Positions 37,276-49,974 of a stretch of 64,000 nucleotides of DNA are shown piece by piece (the stretch's first letter is position 1; every line of letters starts with the position of its first letter). Origin of the DNA: Blasia pusilla (taxonomy: Eukaryota); assembly GCA_050084515.1 (NCBI GenBank), contig CM114271.1, positions 2,914,001 through 2,978,000 on the forward strand, written 5' to 3'. The notes under the pieces were generated by a model that did no database searches, was not told the DNA's origin, and worked only from the letters and a program-made list of their open reading frames with translations. The translations under genes were made by a program, and so were the position numbers.

Positions 37276-38785
37276 GCGCCAGAGCAAGTTTGCAATCTAG
37301 GCGATGCCAAAGGTTATGCTCTTGGCGGTCTTGTAGGAGAATGAAGTGTTGGATTTGCCCGTGGGGGAGGTGGATGTGCCTATGGAGGAGATAGGGGTCC
37401 ATCATCTACATGAGTCGATGGAGACTCACGGCGTGCAACTCGGATGGCTACGTAGATAGAGGAGTTACATCAACAAATTACCCTAATGGCATTATGGTTA
37501 GCTAATGTCGGGTTAGTGGCAACGGCCTCATATGGAGCAACCAAAGACATGGAGGATCATGGTTGGATGTATGGGGATGCATAGATGGAGACAGTCGTTG
37601 TCCTTATCCGTGAAGTAGTTACAAAGTTGGATCCAGAGAGAGGAGAAGCAAGAAACAAACCAAACTTTCTGAGTCCTTTAGTTTGTCTCATGCGATGAGG
37701 ACCCCATTGATGGGTCGTGATTAGAGTTCTCGGAGGATGGATATTTTTGGTATGCAAACAGGATGAGCGATGGGAGAAGCGAGCGTGACGACTCCTATTG
37801 CTCATGCTCATTTGGAACCCAGGTCGAGTTCGTTGTTGGGGAAAACTACTGCCATATACTATGCCCCATGGTTTTTAGCTTATGATGTTATGACATTGGG
37901 AGTTACGCCCGTCAAGGTTCTTTGGCTTGCCCCTACGTATGTGAATAGGGAGATGGTGTTATAGCCTTGTGTTCAAAGGTACTTCCAAAAAAGATGGTGG
38001 ATCAGCCCTAGCGCTTATGTTCAGGCTGTCCACTTAGATTCATAGTAGGTTACGGTTGCTAGGATGGCGTACATGCCCCCAAGACTGGGATAGAGTGTGC
38101 CATAGTTTCTCTATGCATTGTCTTTTTGGATAAGTGGGGAGAGATCTTCCATTTGGTGAGTCCAAGAGGTAGAGTGTTTTTTCCTCAACCCTTAATGTTT
38201 GGGAAGGCCGCGTTTAGGGGGTTGGGCCTGATGAGGGCCAACATAGAGCATTCTCCATTCACGATACGAATTTCTTTGAGTGGAGCGATAACAACGTAGT
38301 TTATCACCCAATATGAGGTCATGGTAAGGATTTGACCACAACATCTATCAGATGAGTCTATGGTGCACGCCAAGGCGAGAGTGACCAATATCGAGTTCTA
38401 TGACATCTTGGTTGGTGGATTAGTGTTGTATCCGATGGGATTTACCCTAGATTATTGGGAGGAGTCAATATCCTACACAGTACAATGGCAATCAAGTGAT
38501 GGATGACTTAGCTCATGATCCGTTCAATTCACGAGAGGAGTAATCGAGAGACTGCCAAGAAAGATGGCGACTCTAGCAACGTTTAATAGCACCATCACTT
38601 GGCTTGAGGATTTTATTGAGGGGCATGTCCATGCCAAGGACATAACTATGATCGACATCCCTATGGAGAGGAGTGTTATGGTAGTAGTATCATTCCATGG
38701 AGAAGAGGTGCCTTTGTGGGGTTCGAGTGAGGAGCTTTGACACTTAGTAGATTCTCGAGCATATTAGTACCTTCTTACTTAAGGC

Positions 38786-39938
38786 TTGGGTTGCACATGG
38801 ACAAAGTGTGTGTCCTTGGACATATTCATGTCCACGTACTTACATCTGACCTCCGGATGGACATGTCCATACGGGCTTGGGTACCCATAGTCCGCACTCG
38901 AGCCCACCCCTAAGCCCATCGCGTAGACCCGAGCAAACCAAGCCCGCGCCTGTTTTGTGGCCCTCGCAAAGCTGGTGGCATGCCCACATGCTAGGTCAGG
39001 CTCACGCCCGTGCGACACTTGCACGGAGGGCTAAGGGCCTGCTATTGAACTCGCACAGGCTCACGTGGGCTCAAGAGCGAGCTAGTCAAGCCAAAGTCCA
39101 CCCAACCCATCCTACAAGCCTACCGTGGGCTCCGAGTGGGCCACAAAACGGCTGCAGGCTTGGCGGGCTCAAGGGTGACCTAAGATGCCAGAGGCGGATA
39201 TCCGAGCGGCATATCCATGGACATGTTTGGACTTGTCCGTTTCCGTGCAACTTTTCTCAGGGCCTGCACAAGGCCGCAAGGCTAGCCTTGAGCTTCCCTC
39301 AGGGTTGCATATGGACAAAGTCGGTGTCCGCGGACTTATGTCTACCTAGGACGAACATGTCAGTGGGGGCTTGGGTACTTGCGGCCAGCACCTCAGCCTG
39401 CCCCTGGAGCCCGCCAAGCCCCTAGCAGGCACCCAAGCTGACCGAGCCCGCACCAGTTTTGTGGCCCGCAGCTAGGCCCGCAAGGCGGGCTCAAGAGTGC
39501 GCAATGGGGGCCTAGCTTGCCATGTGCGAGCCTTTCATGGGCATGGCTACGGGCCACAAATCCGGTGGTGGCTTGGCAAGCCTGGGCTCTAATACGGGTC
39601 GTGAGTACACGGGCGGGATGTCCATCACGTTGACGGACTTTTCCGTTTTTGTGCAACCTTTGCTTCCCTAGAGTGGGCCTTGCTGGCCCGCAAGGCCCAC
39701 TCGTGGTAGGCCCATCTTGTGCGGACCTATGCCAATTTTGGTTGATGCAAGCCACGCATGGGCTCGATGCGGGCCTCCACTCGCGGGCTCGGTGAGGGCT
39801 ACAAAATGGGTGGAAAGAATAGGGAATGGATTGTTGGACTAGATGTAGGCTAGCCAAGCCCGAGTTTACATTGCAAGCAGGGTGGGCTTGCATGGTTATA
39901 TCTGTCTTAGGGATGGACTTTGTCCGTATGCAAACTTG
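38786..39938. mobile_element. Nested stack of three hAT-type MITEs (38786-39255; 39300-39661; older host ending at 39938)
   Basis: TIRs (C/T)(A/T)GGGTTGCA...TGCAAC(C/T)TT. Perfect 8-bp TSD GCTTCCCT at 39292-39299 and 39662-39669. Degenerate TSD CTTAAGGC/CTCAGGGC around the first copy. Confidence 0.85.
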
Positions 39939-39939
39939 A

Positions 39940-40210
39940 CATGATAAGCATGCCACAAGCCGCCTTTCCTACTTTTATGAGTTTCCCCACTTCCTATGCA
40001 TATAAAGAGGTTGGTCTTGGCTTGGTCTAGGATGACCCAGCATAGCGATTGATGGAGCCCAACATTGATAAGAGAGAATGAGTGATGGGGTTCCCCATAG
40101 GAATGACGGTAGTATTGTTACTATAGGGGCATCTTGATGTCATGTTTTGGATCAAACAATGGACATGAATTACTTTACATGGATTGTCAGCTTAAGAGTA
40201 GTTGATCAAC
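39940..40210 (+). pseudogene. C-terminal part of the retrotransposon DNMT domain (motifs IX and X) in copy B
   Basis: MPQAAFPTFMSFP (copy A: MPRAAFPTFVSF), then EPNIDKRE*VMGFPIGMT (motif IX-like, 40055-40108) and HVLDQTMD (motif X-like, 40141-40164), followed by the linker into RT. Confidence 0.8.
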
Positions 40211-42954
40211 GTTGGATAATGTTGCAACATGTTACTTTTATTGCACTTATTAGCCCCATGCCTACCGAGATCGTTTAGGCACTGGTTGGGGTGAGATCCA
40301 AGGACATCAACACATCCGAGATGATTAAAAAAGACACCCTTGGACCTCTTGGGATTTTTGCAGGAACACCAAAAGGTGGCAGCCATAGCATCGGGCGTGA
40401 TACATGGTCTTGCACACCAAGAAGCAATAGGAGGTGAGATGTCCGAGTTGGCCACAAGGAAGTAGGCGAGTCTTATTGTTGGAGATAGGGTTGCACCATA
40501 GCAACCAAAACCACTCATGCTAGAGAGTCTTATAGTACTCATAATAGAGACTTGGGAGCGAGATATGGGTTGGTCATAAGTTAATAGGAGGAGATGGATA
40601 CCAGATACATCGATTCTTAAGGAATCATATGAGTTTTTTTGCATTCCATATGCATGATTTGGGTGCACTAACAAGTCCGAAATCTACATTGAGTTGTCTA
40701 GCAACACGACGATCTTCCAACAACCCTACAAGTATAATCATATGGGGAGGACATTCATTCATAGTAGAATCCATGACTTGGTTGAGGCAAGAGTAGTGGA
40801 GATGTTGCATGGAGAGTATGCATCTCCTACAATCATGCTTGCCAATTAAGAAGGATGTGCATAGCAAGTGGACTGATAGGTGGATGTGCGGAGATTACTG
40901 ACATATCGCTCGGCACACAAAGTCCGATAGGTATGTCATGCTCACTCCTAAGGAGATCTTTGATGTTATTAGGCATGCGAAGGTCTTTAGTTCTTTAGAA
41001 TTTTGAGTTGGATACCATCAGTTGCCTATCCAATTGGAGGACAAGCATAAGACGATATTTTGGGGCATTGATCTTCACATGAAGGATTATTGGTACGAGT
41101 GATGCTTCTAGCTATTTGGGTTAAAGAATGCCCTGATAGAGTTTTAGAGGTTCATTGATAGGATCTTGATAGGTTTGGATTTTGCTAGGTATTACATTGA
41201 TGATATGATAGTCTTTAGCACCACGATTGAGGAGCATCAGTGACATCTTGAGGAGGTATTTCAACGATTGCAATTACATACGTTGAAGATGCATCCGCGT
41301 AAGTGCATGTTCTTTTACAACCAGATTGAGTCCTTGGATCATACGATATATCCAATTGGCCTTGGTGTTCAGCTAACAAAGGTAGAGGATATATCACACA
41401 TTCCACGCCTTGTGAAGGTGAGTCACATTTGCACTTTCATGGGATTGGCAAACTTCTATCGATGGTTTGTTAAGGTTTTTAGTTTGATTGCGAAGCCACT
41501 AACCTATTTGACCAAGGTGGATCACGAGTGGCAATGGAGGAATGAGTAGGAGAAAGAAATTTAGCTAGTCAAGGACAAATCAATGTTTGTGCCTATACTC
41601 AAGAGATCTATCAAGGGGCATCCTTTCCAATTGCATACAGAATTGAGTATGTTGGAGCTTGGAGTGGTGTTCACCCAACATGATGATAAAGATAGAGAGT
41701 TTATGGTGCCTTATGCTAGTCACTCAAATAATGTTGTAGAGACAAAGTATAGCTCGTATGAGGGTGAGGGCTTGGCTACAGGGTGGGTTTTCGTGCATTT
41801 CACATGTTACTTATTCGGCAATCCCTTTACCATCATTGCCAATCATCAACCACTTAAGTGGTTGATGACGTCCAAAAAGCTTACAAGGAAGCTTGTTAGG
41901 TGGACTCTATTGTTGCAAGAGTATGATTTCCAAGTGGCATATCGACTTGCGACACTTGCTAGGATGCAAACAGGTTGAGTCATGATCTATGTTCGAGTTA
42001 GTGAGTTGCAATCAGAGCTCGTTGGCATGGAGAGAGTGATGAGGAAATGGTATCTGGATGGTACAAGCTAGCTTATTTGGGTATTTTGGCTATGGAGAGC
42101 CCAAGTATGTGTTGGGACTTTGATGGTGAGGTTTGATGGAGAGTACTTAGATCCACAAACCCTTGAGGAGATAATAGGTGATTAAGATATCCACGAGAAT
42201 GGGATAGTCTTGGAGTATCTTTGTGTGGGCAATGTTGCAAGCACATTGGGTACTAATGAGCGGTATCGAGTCCTACAATGAGCCATACGGTTTGGATGAG
42301 AGGAGATACATATCTTTCAAGTGTGAAAGGATGGTAGACTATGCGCGCGTAGTGCTTCATCTTGTGCAAAAGGCACGATTGGTACAACATGCCCACGAGG
42401 AGTTGGGACACTTTGGAGTAAAGCGGACTTATAATTTGCTCCATATAGAGCATTGGTGGTGAGGCATACAAACTAATGTTTAGCGATTTGTTGCTAGATG
42501 CATGGTGTGTGATCGAGTTTGAGCATCATTCAATGCTCAGACTTCACAATTATATCCACTATCGATCATGGGTCTAGCCTATAGATAGAGTTTGGATTTT
42601 TTAGGATCTTTACCTTTGACCAAGCGCCATAATTGTTATGTGTTGGTCATGATTAAGCACTTCTCAAAGTGCTTAATTTGGTTCCATTTCTTGACAAAGC
42701 GAATGAGGGAGTAGCGTATGCATTCTTAGATCAAATGTTGATTCATTATGGCCCACCACTTGAGGTGTTGACGGACCAAGAAACTAAGTTTTTTGGGGAG
42801 TTTCAGGCCTTACATGACCAAGCACTAATCTACCACCGCATTACTCTGCAAGTTTATTGTGAGGAAGATGGATTAGCAGAGAGGATCGTTGAGATAGTGA
42901 AAAGAGTTTTACGCAAGTATGTCTTGCAAAGAGATTATCCATGAGATTAGGACC

Positions 42955-45900
42955 TATTGAAGACTGAGTTATAATCAAGCTCATCGGACATCCAAACTGC
43001 TACATTTGATATTAACACGAAGTAGGAAAGCTTAATCTTGGTTAGTCACTTAAGCATGATTATCTTAGCTAGGATTAGTTAATCACAGTTAGTCTAACTC
43101 AAGACCATGGTTACGGTTAGAGGTACGGCTGCTTGTACCTTATAGAACGGAGAAGAGGACTATCCTCCACTCATTCTCTGATTGCAAAATTTCATTCTCT
43201 ATGGTGGTGTGTGAGTGTGAGAGTCGTATCCCATTAATTATCTTTCTTTAGCAGTTTTCTACATGGTATCAAAGCAATAAGATAACATCAATTAAAATTC
43301 TTTGTGTTTAAGGAGAGAAGAGAAGCAAAAAAAGGCACCATTTTAGTTTGGGAGAAAGAAATTTGAGTTAGAGCTCACTCGCAGAAGATTTCAAGTGGAG
43401 CTATGACGGTGACAAAACTTTGGAGGCATTTTTTAGGGCTTTCCCCGTCTTTTTAATAATCAGGGTCCACATCGTTCCATAACAAAATGGAGTGCTTGAG
43501 AGGAAGAATCGACATATTATTGAGGCGGCACGTGGTATGTTGAATGAGAAGAATAAATCTAAGGTGTATTGGGCAATGGCTATAGCGGGTGCAGTCTTCT
43601 TAATCAACCCAACTCCAAGAGAGGGAGTTCATGATAAGACTCCATTCAAAGTCTTTATAGGAAATAAACCTGATTTCTCTTTCCTAAATGTATTTAGCCA
43701 TATTTGTTATGCTCAAGTTCCTTCTAAAAGACGTTAGCAATTAGATCCCAAATCTGAAAGATGTATCGTTATTGGCTACGCTGATGGAACTAAGGGATAT
43801 AAGTGCTATATTTCATCCTCTAGGAAGCTTCTTATTAGTATCGATGATGGTTTTGATTATTAGTATCGATAATGGTTTTGATGAGCTAAAGCCATGGTAT
43901 GCTCCATCTGAGTCTATTCCACCTCTAAACTTGTCTATTGAGGGTGAGAATATGACTATAAACCAATAGACATTGCCTACAAATTCCCCAAGTACTAGTG
44001 CAGGATTAGGAGAGGTCCTAGATTCTTCAATTAAATCTGTCAGTCCATGGTCAGGAATAGACGTATTCAGCCTATTGACACTAGTCAGATTTTGAGTCAG
44101 ATATCAAAGATATCCACCTCAAAATAACAACTTCGTATATCAAGTAGAGTCACACATCCTATTCATAGATTGATAAATGAAAGATTCTTTGTAACACATC
44201 ATGAATATGTGAGGATTACCCTTCAAGAACAAGACTGAGTTGTTTTGAAGAAGTTGCAAGCAAGGTTGAATAGATTGAAGTTATGGAGGAAGAGCTTGTT
44301 GCATTACGACACCAATAGACCTAAGAGTTTATTGATATATCTTCCAATAAGGAAGCTATTCGTTGCAAATGGATTTACAAAGTCAAGTGCAATCAAGATG
44401 ATATAGTGAATAAATATAAAACCAAATTGATAGCCAAGGGTTATGCACAACAATATGGCATCCATTATGAGGAGACATTTAGCCTTATTGCAAAGATGTC
44501 GACTATGGGAACAGTGGTTGTCGTTGCAATAAGTAAGAAGTGGAAATTATATCACATGGATATCAAGAATGCCTTCTTGAATGGATATCTATATAAGAAA
44601 GTAAACATTATTCAACCACTTGGATATGAGCATCAAGAGTTTCCATTCCATATTTCCAAGTTAAAAAAAGCTCTATACGGCCTTAAGCAAGCTCCAAGAG
44701 CTTGGTATGGCAAGATTACATACGTTCTACAAGAGTTGTGCTTTCGGATATGTGATTTTGACTTCTCGCTATATATCTTGAGAGGACAAGATCATAAGAT
44801 TATCATTGTGTTGTATGTTGATGACCTCTTGATTACTCAGAGTACTCAAGATATGGCACAACAAATCAAGTTAAAGTTACAAGCAGAATTTGATATGAAG
44901 GACTTGGAAGAACTTAAGTATTTTCTTGGTATTAAGTTTATCAAGGTGGGAGAGAGCATGTGATTATTGCATCGACAAATGCAATAATCACATGCTCTTC
45001 ATATGCTTTCAAAATATATGTCACGTCCTTTAGGATAGATCGGTGAGATCTAGTATAGCCTCTTCAAGAGTAGTGGAGGACAGGCCTAGGAGATCGAGGA
45101 TGACCTGCTGAGGGAAACCTGAGAGAGTAGGTTTTCCCTTCGTTTTGGCTCATTTGGAGCCAAATTGAAGAACTTACTATTTTAGGTAAGTACCATTTTG
45201 AGTATATGATCAATTTCCTATTTTTGGTAAGTGGCCCTTTACCTCCTACATCAGATCAAGAGCCAAAGAGGTGACTTGGGAGAATAGGTTACCATGGAGA
45301 GAGCTTGGGAGAGGGGAGGGGTATATATCCCAAGGAGAGAGAGCTTGAGAGCTCATTCTCTCTTTGTTGAACATGTTGGCATGAGGCAGCAGAGCTATGG
45401 TCCCTTGCCTTGTGAGTGTAACCCAAGCCTCTCATTAGGAGAGTGGTTTTGGTTTGACATGAGAGAGAGTGCACACTTTTAAGAACTATGGTGTGAGATT
45501 GTGTAGAGAGAGATTGGATCTTACTTTACATTGGAGATATTTTGGTACTTCGTGTCTCGTCGTTTGGATGCCATGAGTTAGCATGGGATCGTGCATGTTT
45601 GTGTGTGTGTTCGGTGATGGCAATGTATATTGTGTAGCGATCTGTATGCGCACGACATATGGTATAACGGCTTGTAAACCAATATCTAAACCGTTGAATC
45701 AGAGTATGAAGATAAGAGTGGATGAAGGAGACTTGCTTGAATATTCCAATATGTACAGGCGCATGGTTGGAAGTCTGATGTATCTCACTATAACTAGATT
45801 ACACTTGAGCTATGTACTTGGCCTAGTGAGCTAATTTATGCAAGCACCTCAAAAACCTCACCTTGATGTTGTGAGGAGAATTATGTGGTATGTGAAATTC

Positions 45901-46735
45901 TCTGTTCAATTTGGGATTCAATTTTGAATCTTCTTCGAGTTTACAATTATGGGGATTCACATATGCTGATTGGGTTGGGAATGTGTCTAATAGACACTCC
46001 ACATCTGATTATTCATTTACCTTGGGAAGCGTTGCTATAAGTTGGACTTCAAGGAAGCAACTTATAGTTGTTTTATCTTCAATAGATATTGAGTACAGAA
46101 GAGCAACCAATATAGCATGTGAGGCGGTGTAGATTCATCAAATACTTACTGAGATTTGCGTTCGTAATTTAGAATCTAATGTAATATATGCAAACAATAT
46201 TAGTAGCATCAAGTTTGCTATTAACCTTGTGTTTCATGCTTGAACAAAGCATGTTAAGATGCACTATCATTTTATCAAAGAGAAAGGGCTCCCAAGAGAG
46301 ATTGATTTTGTGTATATAGGTACATATCAGCAAATTGTTGATATCTTTACAAAGGCATTGTCCAGAGAAAAGTTTGAGATGTTTAGAAACGTTTTAGATG
46401 TTAGAGATATCGATATAAACTTGAGGGGAAGTATTGAAGACTGAGTTAGAGTCAGACATCCGAACTACAAAATTTGATACTCGCACGAAGTGAGAAAGCT
46501 TAATCTTCGTTAGTCACGTAAGCATGATTATCTTAACTAGGGTTAATTAATCACAATTAATCTAACTCGAGACTATGGTTAGGATTAGGGTTAGGATTAC
46601 TTATATATATTTTATATAATTTAGAAGCGAATTAGCCTCCACTCATTCTCTCACTACAAAATTTCTTTCTTCATAGTGATGTGTGAATGTAAGAGTTATA
46701 ACCCATCCGTTACGCTTTTTTAGGAGTTTTCTACA
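42955..46735 (+). mobile_element. Ty1/Copia retrotransposon (copy B, same family as copy A); LTRs 42955-43263 and 46432-46735; gag to mid-integrase deleted
   Basis: Paired LTRs TATTGAAGAC...CTACA; PBS TGGTATCAAAGC; PPT GAGGGGAAG; integrase QNGVLERKNRHIIEAAR; RT YKTKLIAKGY, LYGLKQAPRAWY, YVDDLL; degenerate TSD GGACC/AGTCC. Inserted into the Gypsy B integrase. Confidence 0.95.
45019..45657 (+). mobile_element. Solo LTR (~640 bp) inserted in the RT region of Copia B
   Basis: Termini TGTCACG...CACGACA. Comparison with the empty site in Copia A (CTTTCAGAATATGGTATGAC) implies a 4-bp duplication TATA/TATG. Homologous to 36815-37275. Confidence 0.88.
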
Positions 46736-49700
46736 AGTCCTACGATTGCCATGGTTGGCAACGCAATATAAATTTAACAAGCAAGCATCCTTAGCGTCTT
46801 TCTCCTCTTACTTGTTGCTTTATGATCAAAAGCCTCATTTATCTACGACCATTCATCGTAATGATGGTAAGGTGTTAAATCTCGAGGACCCTCGTATATG
46901 GATATGAGCATGTTCTTAGCGGGCTGAGTTATTTCGAAGAGTTATGCCCATGACGTTCGAAAACTTGCGATTACGTAATATTGGGATACGTTGAGATATA
47001 TGACTATTTAAGGAGATGATTATGGATCGATATCTCATGTACTCTCCAGTTGGTGCATCATGTGATCACATCCAACGACATAAGTGCCGTCTATTGTAAG
47101 TAGACATAGTTTGTTCTCTTATTGAAGGTACGTGATGATATATGATTTGGAAGGACTATGTGCGTAATTATCCGTCATATCATCTTCCTAACACTGATGG
47201 TATAATTCATCTAAGCTTAGTAGTAAGTTTTACAAGCGTCTATTATAGTTGGTGGGGATTTGCTCACGATCTAACCACTATATTTATGTGTGATCAATGT
47301 TCGAGAGGATAACACATGACGCGTTCGACGCCACCTCTCATTAAGTTTTTTCAAAGATAATGGATGTACCTTTAATATATATGTATGTATATACATACAT
47401 ATTCGGCCATATTTTATATTTAAGCTAGGGTATATACATTCAGGAATTAAGCAACACATTGTAGTACAAGCAAACGACTTGGTGAAATTGGTTGAGCTTT
47501 AGAAAAGAGGATTCCTAAGAAGACCATACATGCTTGGGGAGACTCGACATGATTAGTGCTTGGCAAATTCTTGATTACCTAAAGAACACTCAATTGGTTA
47601 TGTCTCTAAGTCTTAACCTTAGTCTTTCTATTGCAAAGCTAAAGGTAGAAAGTGCTTAGGGGCAAAGCTAGGAAAAGTAGAGACCTAACTCTACAATGAC
47701 ATACCATAGATGATAAGATCATCACCAAACATGGAAATTTTGGCCTACCTTTCAATTTGCAAAGATTTCAGTTTCATACATCAAGTTGAATATAGTCATC
47801 AACTAGTGATATACTTCAAATATTATTTGTTTCATATGGCTACATGTACTTTTAGGAAGAACTAGTTCTTGCCCGCGGTCCTGTGCATACACCCCCTCCC
47901 GTGCATATACTCGCTCAATGCTATAGGGACGCATGTCATGTTTTGCATGTGTCACCATGTCACAAACACTCCGCAAATTATAGTATACATTGGAGTTAGT
48001 CCACATGAATCAAACTCTAAGATATCTTCATTTAAACTATTAATATTAGAAATCCTAGAGAGTAAAGATCTATGTACCCTTAGATTTTTTCTGTGGTAGA
48101 GCAATATTCATGTCCACTTTCTCTTTGGAATGTTATTCTTTGCTGAGTTTGCTAGTGATAATTGTTGCACAACAAGGGTATGTATACACTACTAGACCAT
48201 AAAAAACGCTTTGAAAGATTACATATTACCCTCAAGTAATATGGGTGAGAAAGTAAACTGAACTAATACAGGAGGGACCATGGGATAAACATCTCTTCGT
48301 CTCTTAGTGGATGATAATGGGCTGAGTATCCACTGGTAATGTAGAGTAGTGAGTTGTGAAGCTCAACCGATGCGGAAATATCTGTAAGTAGAACTTAATA
48401 TGTTAAGGGTCAACCATAAGCAATCATCCAAGTGTGCTCACAACTGCAATCAGACCTCACAGGAGTTTCCCTTTCTCTTCAGAAGAATGACATCACCTAT
48501 AAGAGAATATCTTGGAACTTATGTTACCTTCCTTGTCCTTCAACTTTTCGTGGACCATAAGGAGCTAAGGTCCCCCATCAACAAGGACCAATAACCTCCC
48601 ATCAGCTGCTTATTTCGAGATCATGGAAAATCACTTCTTGAAACTCTCCTTAAACTTGATTTTGAAGTACAATTGCTGAATGCAAAATGGCATTTCTTAG
48701 TGTCGGGTGTCCAGAGACCTGAGTACAAGTTGAGTCAAAGACATGGAGAGTCATCACATTCGCAATTCTTTAAGAGACGGAGGCTTCCACTACCAAAATG
48801 CTACATTGTACTCTTTAATAGAACATCTCATATAAATAATTGAATAATCTTTAGATTTAAATCAAACTGTTAGCTTCAAGAATTTGATTTATTTCAAGTA
48901 TTTGTTGTCCTCGCGCTAGTCGTTATGGATCTACTACTATATAAATGAAACATATGAACAAAGTACACTTGCGTTTGACATATTCTCGTCTGAAGGTCCT
49001 TTCATTTGGCATCCGATAATCTTTGCGTGGACCTTTGGGTCATTTTGTTGGAAGAAAATGTTGAACTTCCCTTTTTTCTTACCAAAACTCTAATGGATTT
49101 TGATGAAAAATAAGAAAATGTATAAAAGAAAACTCCGACAGATGGCATACCACTAAGACCTACAATCCACTTTCTCCAAGGTTCGATGTCCTTCCGAGTG
49201 GCATACTACCATACATGGATTTCTTCAAATACGCAGACATAATCCACAAGTTAACTTCAAATGTAAAGACTAGGCTACAGTTATCCAGATCGACTAAAGC
49301 CCAAGGAAAAGGTGCAACATGTGTCAAGTTCCAATCATATTTCAGTAGATTCCCTATAACTAGGTACAGTCATCCCAACTACTAGAACAGTCAAAATTGT
49401 TGAAGATGAATTGAAAGAAAATTCCTAAGTAGGTAGCAAGCCTTGTAGTACATGATAAAGTCATCAAGAAAAGCATCTGAGAGTGCAGGAGTATCATTTG
49501 CACCAAACCCGTATTTCTTTTCTTTGATAAGTCCCTTGATCGACTGATGGCAGAGATGTCTTAACACCTACCTCCATGAACTTGAAGTACATTAACATTA
49601 CTCCCTTCGGGATCTAGTAATCCTCTCGCAACTATAGCCTTCACATCTTGGAGGTATCATTAGTCTTGGTTCCAGAACTCTCTGATCAAACTAAGAACTG

Positions 49701-49742
49701 CAGATTTAAACCTCATCAAAAGTTATGAAAAACCTTGTGATC

Positions 49743-49974
49743 AATACACTACCTCCAGTTAATTACTGCAGAGGTCTGTCATGCGCACCTAAGCAAATTC
49801 CCTCTTGCAGTGAAGAAATATATGATGTCTAGAAAGAAAAAAGTTCACACTAGAGTTGAATACACTACCTCCAGTTAATTACTGCATAGGTCTGTCATGC
49901 GCCAGTAAACAAATTCACTCTTGCAGTGAAGAAACATGTAATGTCTAGAGAGAAAAAAGTTCACACGAGTTGAA
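49743..49974. repeat. 116-bp tandem duplication
   Basis: AATACACTACCTCCAGTTAATTACTGCA...AAAAGTTCACAC..GAGTTGAA begins at 49743 and again at 49859. Confidence 0.92.

Larger units (their letters stand above)
37276..47260 (+). mobile_element. Degenerate Ty3/Gypsy retrotransposon (copy B): protease remnant, DNMT remnant, RT, RNase H, integrase; interrupted by MITEs and a Copia
   Basis: Protease remnant PQPLMFGK...YDILVGG (~38180-38500); RT KKDVHSKWTDRWMCGDY, YYIDDMIVFS, FMGLANFYRWFV (~40700-41550); RNase H YASHSNN..E.KYSSYEGEGLA, NHQPLKWL; integrase AHEELGHFG, EVLTDQ..F..EF, DGLAER. The integrase resumes after Copia B at 46741 (RLPWLATQYKF...). Purine tract TGGTGGGGA at ~47251. Confidence 0.9.

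Noticed and set aside
38779-39956. 182-aa and 187-aa ORFs
   Set aside because: They are translations of GC-rich MITE sequence and cross element boundaries.
47150-47300. PHD finger or chromodomain after the Gypsy integrase
   Set aside because: The sequence reaches ..YHLPNTDGIIH.. and then the purine tract. No Cys/His finger or chromodomain is visible in this copy.
47300-49700. Possible further TE remnants
   Set aside because: No domain motif or terminal structure recognised by eye.
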